Part shown: in pieces, positions 28,162 through 36,268 of the stretch
Position numbering within the stretch: the first letter of the stretch is position 1
Layout of the letters: every line of letters begins with the position of its first letter
Origin: an uncultured Verrucomicrobiae bacterium
Lineage (GTDB): Bacteria > Verrucomicrobiota > Verrucomicrobiia > Chthoniobacterales > JAATET01
DNA length: 64,000 bases
NCBI GenBank assembly: GCA_963719495.1
Contig: CAVRCI010000002.1
Span: 384,001 to 448,000 of the forward strand
Reading direction: 5' to 3'
Made by a program: the position numbers and the translations under genes
The notes under the pieces: model-generated
Databases searched by the model: none
What the model saw: only the letters and a program-made list of their open reading frames with translations
Told to the model about the DNA's origin: nothing

Positions 28162-29382
28162 ATGAATCGGCTGGACGCGGAAATCGAGGAATTGGCGAGG
28201 ATTTCGTCGTGGGAGGCTCCAGCCATCACGCGGGTGCTCTTTTCGAAGGAGGATCTGGAGGCGCGGGCCTGGTTGGTCGGGAAATTCGAGGCGGCGGGGC
28301 TCGTGGTGCGGACCGACGCGGTGGGGAACATTTTTGCGACGTGGGTCGGGAGCGAACCGGACCTTTCGGCGGTGGCGACGGGGTCGCACATCGACGCGAT
28401 TCCGAATGCGGGGCGCTTCGACGGAGTCGTGGGCGTGCTCGGCGGTTTGGAGGCGGTGCGGCGTTTGCGGGAGGCGGGATATCAGCCGCGGCGCTCGATC
28501 GAAATCGTGATGTTTACGGCCGAGGAGCCGACGCGCTTCGGACTTGGGTGTTTGGGGAGTCGGCTGCTGGCCGGGACGCTGGCCGTCGAGCGGGCGGCGC
28601 GATTGACGGACGAAGCGGGGAATTCGCTCGAAGCGCTGCGGCGGGATGCTGGGTGTGCGGGCGGTCTGGCCGACGTGCGGCTCGGGGAGGGTTTTTACGA
28701 GGCGTTCGTGGAGTTGCACATCGAGCAGGGCCCGATCCTGGAGCGCGAGGGCGTCGCGATCGGCGCCGTGGAAAAGATCGCGGCACCGGCGGCGTTCCGG
28801 GTTCGGATCGAGGGTGAGGGGGGGCACGCCGGGGCGGTGCTCATGCCGGTGCGCAAGGACGCGGGGTGCGCGGCGGCGGAGATCACGCTGGCGGTCGAGC
28901 GGGCGGCGAAGGAGTCGGGGAATGCCGACACGGTGGGGACGACGGGCGTCTTGCGGCTTGAACCGGGCGCGATCAATAGCGTGCCGGTGCGCGCGACGCT
29001 GGAGATCGATCTGCGGGACACGGATTTGGAAACCCGCGACGGCGCGGAGGCGGCGATTCGGGCGGCGGTCGCGGACGTGGCGGCGCGGCGGGGAGTGGAG
29101 ATCTCGGTCGAGACGATCAACTCGGATCCGCCGGCGATTTGCGACGCGGGCTTGGTGCAGTCGATCGTCGCGGTAGCGGACGCGGAGGGGCTGACGTCGA
29201 TGCGGATGATCAGCCGGGCCTACCACGACTCGCTCTTCATGGCGCAGGTGTGCCCGACGGCGATGGTGTTCATCCCGTGCCGGAATGGATGGAGTCATCG
29301 ACCGGACGAGTTCGCGGCCTCGGAGGCGATCGACGCGGGCGTGCGGGTGCTTGCGGGGGTTCTGAGGGAATACAGTGGGTGA
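28162..29382 (+). CDS. M20 amidohydrolase, ureidoglycolate amidohydrolase (plant UAH)-like
   Basis: TGSHIDAIP..DGVVGVLG, EEPTRFG..CLGSRLLAG, ELHIEQGP, GGHAGAVLMP, MISRAYHDSLFMA, SH.P.E; adjacent to allE. Confidence 0.8.
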   Translation: MNRLDAEIEELARISSWEAPAITRVLFSKEDLEARAWLVGKFEAAGLVVRTDAVGNIFATWVGSEPDLSAVATGSHIDAIPNAGRFDGVVGVLGGLEAVRRLREAGYQPRRSIEIVMFTAEEPTRFGLGCLGSRLLAGTLAVERAARLTDEAGNSLEALRRDAGCAGGLADVRLGEGFYEAFVELHIEQGPILEREGVAIGAVEKIAAPAAFRVRIEGEGGHAGAVLMPVRKDAGCAAAEITLAVERAAKESGNADTVGTTGVLRLEPGAINSVPVRATLEIDLRDTDLETRDGAEAAIRAAVADVAARRGVEISVETINSDPPAICDAGLVQSIVAVADAEGLTSMRMISRAYHDSLFMAQVCPTAMVFIPCRNGWSHRPDEFAASEAIDAGVRVLAGVLREYSG

Positions 29383-29383
29383 A

Positions 29384-29412
29384 AACCACGGATTGATCCG
29401 GATGACACAGAT
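29384..29412. repeat. Solo 9-nt periodic repeat AACCACGGATTGATCCGGATGACACAGAT
   Basis: Resembles the AACCGCGGAT-nnnnnnGAT-nnnnnnGAT GxxExxY flank; directly after a stop codon. Confidence 0.55.
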
Positions 29413-29601
29413 GGTAGTCGTTGGATGGCAGGCCCGGCCCGGCGGGAACGTGACGCTTCGGACCGTGGGCGGGGAGGTTGGCTGGTTGGCGTCGACAGGG
29501 CTGAATTGGTTGCCTGGGAATTCTGACGTTGAACGTCGGCGCCCGCGGCTTCGTGGCTGGCTGGGGGTGAAAATTTGCCGACGCTGAGGCGTTGCGGGCC
29601 G

Positions 29602-29629
29602 TTGGCATCGGGCGTGCTCGCGGTATAGT
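29602..29629 (+). promoter_or_regulatory. Putative promoter for a leaderless xdh transcript
   Basis: TTGGCA-N16-TATAGT, 6 nt upstream of ATG 29636. Confidence 0.5.
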
Positions 29630-29635
29630 CGAACC

Positions 29636-32600
29636 ATGCCGGAAGTATTGATCGCGGGGGCCGTCGAGCCATTTGAGCTGACCGTGAACGGTCGGAATAC
29701 AACGGTGAACGGGGTGTCGGCGGAGACCACTCTGCTGGAATGGCTGCGCGAGAATCGGGGGCTGACCGGGACGAAGATGGGCTGCGCCGAAGGAGATTGC
29801 GGAGCGTGCACGGTGTCGCTCGTCGACGCGGACGCGGGGGGGAAGCGGGTCGTGCGGTCGATCAATTCCTGCATCGCGTTGGTGGCGACTCTGGCTGGCC
29901 GCGAGATTCTCACCGTCGAGGGGCTGGCGGGCGCGGGCGGAGAATTGCATCCGGTTCAGTCGGCGATGGTGGAGTGCAATGGGTCGCAGTGCGGGTTCTG
30001 CACGCCGGGGTTCGTGATGTCGCTTTACGAGGGGTATGAGCGGGGGATTCTCGGCGATCCCTCGAAGGTGGCGGATCAGCTCAATGGAAACCTTTGCCGG
30101 TGCACGGGGTATCGGTCGATCGCGGAGGCTGCGGTGGTGGCGGGTGAGGGAAGTGCGGCTCCGCCGGTTGGGTCGGGTCCCGGGCTGGAAGCCCGGGACG
30201 GCGAGCTGGAAGCTCGCGCTCCCCAGCTTTCGCTGGCGCGGCTTTTGGAGATTCGGGCGGCGCATCCGGAGGCGGTGCTGGTGGCGGGGGCGACGGAGGT
30301 AGGCGTTGAGGTGACGAAGCGGTTTCGGCGGCTGCCGATGGTGGTGTCGCTGGACGGTGTCGCGGAGTTGAAGGGGTGCGCGCGGACGGCGGATGGGTGG
30401 CGGATCGGGGCCGGGGCGACGCTCACGGAGGTGGAGGATTTTTTGGCGGGCGAGTTGCCTGTCTTCGACGAGGTGCTGCGGTGGTTCGCCTCGCGGCAGA
30501 TTCGGAACCGGGCGACGCTGGGGGGAAACCTGGTGACCGGGTCGCCAATCGGGGACACGGCTCCGGTGCTGCTGGCGCTCGGCGCTTCGGTCGAGTTGGC
30601 GTGTGTGCGGGGCACGCGCGTCGTGGCGCTCGCGGAATTTTTCCTGGGATACCGTCAGACCGCCCTCGCGCTGGACGAGGTGATGACGGCGGTGCTGGTG
30701 CCGCGGCTGGCCAACGGGGCGGTGGCGGAGTTCGCAAAAATTTCGAAGCGGCGCGAGATGGACATCTCGATCGTGTCGGCAGCCTTCGTCCGAACGGAGG
30801 ATCGGGTCCGCTGCGCTTTTGGCGGCGTCGCCGCGACCCCGGTGCTGTGCGAGGTCAACTGGACGCCGGGCAGCGACCCCGAGCCGGTCGCCGCGGAACT
30901 TACCCGACGCTTCGACCCCCTGACGGACGCCCGCGGATCGGCCGCCTACCGCCGCAGCCTCGTCGCGGACATCTGGCGGAAATTCTGCGAAGGCGGCATG
31001 GCCGCGCTCCACCATTCACCATTCACGGCTCACCATTCACCAACCGAAGCTCTCCCCCACGAGTCGGCGATCGGCCACGTAACCGGAGCGGCGAAATACG
31101 TGGACGACATCGCGCTCTCGCGCGGGACGCTGACGATGTGGCCGGTCTGCTCCGAGCACGCCCACGCGCGGATCCTGAGTCTGGACGTGTCGGCTGCCGA
31201 GACGATGCCCGGGGTGTCCGTGGTGCTGACGGCGGCGGACGTGCCGGGGGTGAACGACGTGGGTTGCTCGCGGCCCGACGAGACGCTGCTCGCGAGCGAA
31301 ATTGTGGAATTTCACGGCCACCTCGTGGCGATGGTGATCGGGGAATCCGAGGCGGCTTGCCGGGCGGCGGCGAAGGCGGTCGTCGTGGAATACGAACCCT
31401 TGCGGCCAATTCTCACCATCGCCGAAGCGCGGGAGGCGGAGAGTTTTCACACCGATTCGAACGCGATCCGGCGCGGCGACGCGGCGTCAACGGTCGCGGG
31501 GGCGGCCCGGCGATTGGAGGGGGAATTTTCTCTCGGAGGGCAGGATCATTTTTACCTTGAGACGCAGGCCGCGTGGGCGGAAGTGACGCCGGACGGCGGG
31601 ATTCACGTGTGCTCTTCGACGCAGCATCCGACCGAAATTCAGATCATCGTGGCGCGGGTGCTGGGTCTTTCGCGCAACGACGTGGTCGTGGAAGCGCCTC
31701 GGATGGGCGGCGGCTTCGGCGGCAAGGAAACGCAGGGGAACACGTGGGCGGCGCTGGCGGCATGGGGTGCCGTGAAGACCGGGCGGCCGGTGCGGGTGAT
31801 GCTCGACCGCGATCTTGATCTTCGACTGAACGGCAAACGGCATCCGTTCTGGTCGCGATTCGAGGTGGGGTTCGACGACGAGGGCGTGCTGGTCGGTGCG
31901 ACGGTGGAATTGATTTCCAACGGCGGGTGGTCGCTCGACCTGTCGATGCCGATTCTCGACCGGGCGCTGTTTCACTTGGATAACGCGTATTACGTGCCGG
32001 CGGTGGATTTCTCCGGGCGCGTCGCGAAGACGAACCTCGTCTCGAACACCGCGTTTCGCGGCTTCGGCGGTCCGCAGGGGATGTTGGTGATGGAAGAGAT
32101 TCTCGATCGTGTCGCGCGGGAGTTGGGTTTGCCGCCGGAGGTCGTGCGGGAGCGCAACCTTTACCGGGGCAGCGGCGAAACGAACACGACGCACTACGGA
32201 CAGGAAATCGGCGACAATCGCGTGCGGGAAATGTGGGGCTCGCTCAAGGAGTCGGCGCGGCTCGCGGAGCGGCGGGCGGAAATTTCTCACTGGAACGCCG
32301 GGAGCGCGATGGTGAAGCGGGGGATTGCGATGACGCCCGTGAAATTTGGGATTTCCTTCACCTACACGCCCTACAACCAGGCGGGCGCGCTCGTGCTCAT
32401 TTACGCGGATGGGACCGTGCAGGTGAATCACGGCGGTACGGAGATGGGTCAGGGTCTGCACACGAAAATTCTTGGAATCGTGATGCGGGAGCTCGGCGTG
32501 CCGCGCGAGCGGGTGCGGATGATGTTCACGCGCACCGACAAGGTGCCGAACACGTCGGCGACGGCGGCGTCGAGCGGCGCGGATCTCAACGGGGCGGCTG

Positions 32601-33355
32601 TCGCCGATGCTTGCCGGAAGTTGGTGGAGCGGATGCGTCCGATCGCCGCGGAGATGCTGGGGGGCGGCGACCGGCCGCTGGTCTGGGGAGCAGGGAAAGT
32701 TTGGTTCGAGGGCGACCCGGGAAAGACGTTGGAATTCCCACAGCTTTGCAATGCGATGCACATGCGACGCGTTTCGCTGTCGGCGACCGGGTTTTACAAG
32801 ACGCCCGGGATCGAGTGGGACCGGGCCACGGGGAAAGGACGGCCATTTGCCTACTTCGCGTGCGGCGTGGCGGTGAGCGAGGTCGAGGTCGACGGGCGGA
32901 CGGGGATGCACCGCGTGCTGCGGACGGACATTCTCCACGACGTCGGGGATTCGCTGAACGAGCGCGTCGACCGGGGCCAGATCGAGGGTGGGTTCGTGCA
33001 GGGAATGGGCTGGCTCACGCGGGAGGAACTGAAGTGGGACGGGGAGGGGAAGCTGCTGACGAGCGGGGCCAGCACTTACGCGATTCCGGCGTTCAGCGAT
33101 CGGCCGGTGGATTTTCGGGTGAGCCTGCTGCCGAACGCGCGGCAGGAGGGCGTGATCGGTGGGAGCAAGGCCGTGGGGGAGCCGCCGCTCATGCTCGCGA
33201 TCTCGGTGCGGGAGGCGATTCGCGACGCGGTCGCGGCGTTCGGCGGCGAGGGGCGGGTGGAATTGGCTTCGCCGGCCAGCGTGGAGCAGATCTGGTGGGC
33301 GGTGCGGCGGCGGTTGGACTCGGGTGAAATTTTAACCGCGGATGGCGCGGATTAA
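29636..33355 (+). CDS. Xanthine dehydrogenase, single-chain XdhA-XdhB fusion (2Fe-2S, FAD, molybdopterin domains)
   Basis: GCAEGDCGACT, QCGFCTPG, NLCRCTGY; ASRQIRNRATLGGN FAD region; PHESA..HVTG, GGGFGGKE, TAFRGFGGPQG, KAVGEPP catalytic Glu; one uninterrupted 1239-aa frame. Confidence 0.92.
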   Translation: MPEVLIAGAVEPFELTVNGRNTTVNGVSAETTLLEWLRENRGLTGTKMGCAEGDCGACTVSLVDADAGGKRVVRSINSCIALVATLAGREILTVEGLAGAGGELHPVQSAMVECNGSQCGFCTPGFVMSLYEGYERGILGDPSKVADQLNGNLCRCTGYRSIAEAAVVAGEGSAAPPVGSGPGLEARDGELEARAPQLSLARLLEIRAAHPEAVLVAGATEVGVEVTKRFRRLPMVVSLDGVAELKGCARTADGWRIGAGATLTEVEDFLAGELPVFDEVLRWFASRQIRNRATLGGNLVTGSPIGDTAPVLLALGASVELACVRGTRVVALAEFFLGYRQTALALDEVMTAVLVPRLANGAVAEFAKISKRREMDISIVSAAFVRTEDRVRCAFGGVAATPVLCEVNWTPGSDPEPVAAELTRRFDPLTDARGSAAYRRSLVADIWRKFCEGGMAALHHSPFTAHHSPTEALPHESAIGHVTGAAKYVDDIALSRGTLTMWPVCSEHAHARILSLDVSAAETMPGVSVVLTAADVPGVNDVGCSRPDETLLASEIVEFHGHLVAMVIGESEAACRAAAKAVVVEYEPLRPILTIAEAREAESFHTDSNAIRRGDAASTVAGAARRLEGEFSLGGQDHFYLETQAAWAEVTPDGGIHVCSSTQHPTEIQIIVARVLGLSRNDVVVEAPRMGGGFGGKETQGNTWAALAAWGAVKTGRPVRVMLDRDLDLRLNGKRHPFWSRFEVGFDDEGVLVGATVELISNGGWSLDLSMPILDRALFHLDNAYYVPAVDFSGRVAKTNLVSNTAFRGFGGPQGMLVMEEILDRVARELGLPPEVVRERNLYRGSGETNTTHYGQEIGDNRVREMWGSLKESARLAERRAEISHWNAGSAMVKRGIAMTPVKFGISFTYTPYNQAGALVLIYADGTVQVNHGGTEMGQGLHTKILGIVMRELGVPRERVRMMFTRTDKVPNTSATAASSGADLNGAAVADACRKLVERMRPIAAEMLGGGDRPLVWGAGKVWFEGDPGKTLEFPQLCNAMHMRRVSLSATGFYKTPGIEWDRATGKGRPFAYFACGVAVSEVEVDGRTGMHRVLRTDILHDVGDSLNERVDRGQIEGGFVQGMGWLTREELKWDGEGKLLTSGASTYAIPAFSDRPVDFRVSLLPNARQEGVIGGSKAVGEPPLMLAISVREAIRDAVAAFGGEGRVELASPASVEQIWWAVRRRLDSGEILTADGAD

Positions 33356-33363
33356 CGCGGATG
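33333..33363 (+). repeat. 31-bp 9-mer-periodic repeat, left flank of GxxExxY gene
   Basis: TAACCGCGGATGGCGCGGATTAACGCGGATG; contains the xdh stop and supplies the GxxExxY ATG. Confidence 0.85.
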
Positions 33364-33741
33364 ATTCATGAGGATTTGAGCGGTGGGATTCTCGGAGCTT
33401 CGATGACGGTCCTGAATGCCCTGAAGCCGGGGTTGGATGAGAAGGTCTACGAGAATGCCTTGGTGGTCGAACTCCGGAAGCAGGGTCACGTCGTCGAACA
33501 GCAGCGGATTTTTCCGGTCCACTACGACGGGGTGTTGGTCGGGAAGCTGGTGCCGGATCTGATCGTCGATGGCTCCGTGATCGTGGACCCCAAAGTGGTG
33601 AGGGATTTTTCCGAATCTCATTTCGCGCAAATGATCGGATATCTCGCGATCACCGGGCTGGAATTGGCTCTTTTGGTGAACTTCAAATTCGCGCGCCTCG
33701 AATGGAAACGGGTTGTGCGTGAGCACCGGGCGGGTGGATGA
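33361..33741 (+). CDS. GxxExxY family protein (PD-(D/E)XK nuclease-like)
   Basis: LKPGLDEKVYENAL, PDLIVDGSVIVDPK, AQMIGYL, LLVNF..LEWKR. Confidence 0.9.
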   Translation: MIHEDLSGGILGASMTVLNALKPGLDEKVYENALVVELRKQGHVVEQQRIFPVHYDGVLVGKLVPDLIVDGSVIVDPKVVRDFSESHFAQMIGYLAITGLELALLVNFKFARLEWKRVVREHRAGG

Positions 33742-33747
33742 GGTTTC

Positions 33748-33829
33748 TAACCGCGGATGGCGCGGATTTGCGCGGATGGTGTCCTGATTTTTTTTCATTA
33801 TCCGCGTTTATCCGCGTCATCCGCGGTTA
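33748..33829. repeat. Right flank of GxxExxY gene: direct copy plus inverted copy forming a hairpin
   Basis: TAACCGCGGATGGCGCGGATTTGCGCGGATG (33748-33778) and ATCCGCGTTTATCCGCGTCATCCGCGGTTA (33800-33829). Confidence 0.85.
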
Positions 33830-33839
33830 AATTCATTCC

Positions 33840-35441
33840 ATGCAGGTTATTTCGGGGCAGTTCGTGGATTTGGTGGCGCGGGAGATTTATCCGGCGGCGG
33901 TGACGGTTTTTGATGGGAGGATCGCGGCGATTGCGCGGGTCGAGGAGGCGGTGGGTGGGTTTCTCATTCCAGGCTTCGTGGATGCTCACGTTCACGTGGA
34001 GAGTTCGATGCTGCCGCCCTGCGAGTTCGCTCGGATCGCGGTGCGGCATGGATCGGTTGGGTCGGTGAGCGATCCGCACGAGATTGCGAACGTGCTGGGG
34101 GTCGAGGGGGTGGCGTTCATGTTGGCGGAAGGGGCGCGGACGCCTTTCAAGTTCTGCTTCGGTGCGCCGAGTTGCGTGCCGGCGACGACGTTCGAGACGG
34201 CGGGGGCGGAATTGGACATCAATGCGGTGGCGGCGCTGCTGGCGCGGGACGACGTGGGGTATCTGAGCGAGGTGATGAATTGGCCGGGCGTGCTGGGCGG
34301 CGATCCCGGGATGATCGCGAAGATCGCGGCAGCGAAGGCGGTCGGGAAGCGGGTCGACGGCCACGCGCCGGGGTTGCGCGGAGACGATGCGCGGGCTTAC
34401 GCGGCGGCGGGGATCGAGACCGACCACGAGTGTTTCACGCTGGACGAGGCATTGGATAAGATCGACGCCGGGATGCAGATCGCGATCCGCGAGGGATCGG
34501 CGGCGAAGAATTTCGAGGCGCTCGAGCCGCTGCTCACGTCGCACCCGGATTCGTGCATGCTGTGTTCCGACGACGTGCACCCGAACGCGCTCGTCCGCGG
34601 CCACATCGATCGCCTGGTGGCGCGGGCCGTGGCGGGCGGCGCGGACGTGTTCGACGTGCTGCGGGCCGCGTGCGTCCGCCCGGTCGAACACTACGGGCTA
34701 CCGATCGGCCGGCTGCGGGTGGGGGACGCGGCGGACTTCGCGATCGTGGAGGATCTCGTCGATTTTCGAGTTCGGGAGACTTGGATCGATGGCGCTTGTG
34801 TGGCCAGGAATGGAACGTCGCTGATCGAGCGTCGGGAAGTGCTCGAGGTCGTGAATCGGTTCGAGGCGAACGAAGTCGCGGCGTCGGATCTCGCGGTCGA
34901 CGCGGAGCGGGTGAACGTGATCGTCGCCCGCGACGGGCAGCTGATCACCGGCGCCGAGGTTGCCGACGTCTCGGATTCGGATGTTCTCAAGATCGTGGTC
35001 GTGAACCGCTACGCCGCGGCGGAGCCAGCCGTCGGTTTTGTCCGCGGATTCGGACTCAAACGCGGAGCGATCGCGTCCACGGTCGCGCACGATTCGCACA
35101 ACGTCGTGGCGGTCGGAACGACTGACGAGGAGTTGGCAATCGCGATCAACGCGGTGATGCGGTCGCGAGGCGGGATTTGCGCGGTCGCTGGGGAGGACAT
35201 TCGATTGCTGCCGCTGGAGATCGCCGGACTGATGGCGACGGGCGACGGGGACGAGGTGGCGGCGGCCTACGAGCGGATCGCGGAGTTCGCGACGAACGAG
35301 CTCGGATCGACGCTGCGCGACCCGTTCATGACGCTTTCGTTCATGGCGCTGCTCGTGATCCCGAATCTAAAGATGAGCGACCGGGGACTGTTTTCCGGCG
35401 CGGCGTTCGAGTTTCGTGACGTGGTCGTCCAGAATGGCTGA
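33840..35441 (+). CDS. ade: Adenine deaminase
   Basis: PGFVDAHVHVESSM, DPHEIANVLG, DGHAPG, DHE, REGSAAKN, STVAHDSHN, LSFMALLVIP. Confidence 0.95.
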   Translation: MQVISGQFVDLVAREIYPAAVTVFDGRIAAIARVEEAVGGFLIPGFVDAHVHVESSMLPPCEFARIAVRHGSVGSVSDPHEIANVLGVEGVAFMLAEGARTPFKFCFGAPSCVPATTFETAGAELDINAVAALLARDDVGYLSEVMNWPGVLGGDPGMIAKIAAAKAVGKRVDGHAPGLRGDDARAYAAAGIETDHECFTLDEALDKIDAGMQIAIREGSAAKNFEALEPLLTSHPDSCMLCSDDVHPNALVRGHIDRLVARAVAGGADVFDVLRAACVRPVEHYGLPIGRLRVGDAADFAIVEDLVDFRVRETWIDGACVARNGTSLIERREVLEVVNRFEANEVAASDLAVDAERVNVIVARDGQLITGAEVADVSDSDVLKIVVVNRYAAAEPAVGFVRGFGLKRGAIASTVAHDSHNVVAVGTTDEELAIAINAVMRSRGGICAVAGEDIRLLPLEIAGLMATGDGDEVAAAYERIAEFATNELGSTLRDPFMTLSFMALLVIPNLKMSDRGLFSGAAFEFRDVVVQNG

Positions 35442-35501
35442 CCTTAGCGGAGAGTAAGAAGCCAGAGATGTTTCGCTTCGCTGCCAGGCTGGGGGGAGGC
35501 A

Positions 35502-35533
35502 AAGACTACGCCTTGGGAAGACTACGCCTTGGG
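35502..35533. repeat. Perfect 16-bp tandem duplication over the epsI stop codon
   Basis: AAGACTACGCCTTGGG twice. Confidence 0.8.
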
Positions 35534-36268
35534 AGCCTCGGATTTCATGATGTCGGGCGCGATCTTTTGGATGAAGTCTTCGAGCATCTCGAGGGTCTCG
35601 GCCTCGTTCTTACCGTTCGGTTTGAATCGATCCAGGATGGTCGAACTTGCGATCACGTAGGCCCAACGGTGGTTGGTATTGGTGAGGAGGACGTCGAGGT
35701 TGGTCTTGAGGACGCGGACGAGGTGGCTGGCCGTGACCGTGTCCTTTCCGACGAACCAATAGAGGTAAATGCTGTCGAGCTCGGCGGTTTTCCCGTCGAC
35801 CTCGATGGGGCGCGAGATCCGGAGCATCGTGACCGGGAGTTTCGAGCCGCTGGGGAGATCGATCCGAAGGGTTTCGGTTGATTTGATCGTCCAGCCCTGG
35901 CCGGGCAGACAGAGTTCAGGGCGGTGGATGCTTCGACGTTCAGCTCCAGCGAGGACGATCTGAGCGTTGACCGAGTCGCCCTGAGCGTCCGAGTAGAGCA
36001 TTTTCTGAAATTCCGTATCGTCCGGGAGGACAATGCGTTCCGCTTCGGACACTTCCTGCGGGATCCCGGCGAAATCGCCGACGGTCGAGGGCAGGTTCAT
36101 CTGAATGCCGGTCTCGGGTCCCGCCACGATGGAACTCCCCCCCAGTAGACAGAATGCGATCACGCCCGCGGTGAGCGTGAGAAGGACGGCTCCGGTTGCA
36201 AGCAAACGCCGGAAGCCCGGGAAAGTCGCGGTCGGGGAACTTGCGATGGAGTGGATGTCAGTAGGCAT
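35522..36268 (-). CDS. epsI: Exosortase-associated EpsI family protein
   Basis: N-terminal TM, SIHRPELCLPGQGW motif, YLYWFVG; downstream of the exosortase. Confidence 0.85.
   Translation of the reverse strand: MPTDIHSIASSPTATFPGFRRLLATGAVLLTLTAGVIAFCLLGGSSIVAGPETGIQMNLPSTVGDFAGIPQEVSEAERIVLPDDTEFQKMLYSDAQGDSVNAQIVLAGAERRSIHRPELCLPGQGWTIKSTETLRIDLPSGSKLPVTMLRISRPIEVDGKTAELDSIYLYWFVGKDTVTASHLVRVLKTNLDVLLTNTNHRWAYVIASSTILDRFKPNGKNEAETLEMLEDFIQKIAPDIMKSEAPKA

Noticed and set aside
29420..29600. Possible purine riboswitch upstream of xdh
   Set aside because: No recognisable riboswitch consensus, and a promoter motif immediately before the ATG suggests little or no 5' UTR.
14756..29913. Very long alternative ORFs (1065, 1162, 1227 aa) rich in Arg/Pro
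   Set aside because: Off-frame or antisense overlaps of clearly identifiable genes, with low-complexity composition.
33333..33829. CRISPR interpretation of the 31-bp repeats
   Set aside because: Only two direct copies separated by a whole gene plus an inverted copy; no regular spacers and no cas genes.
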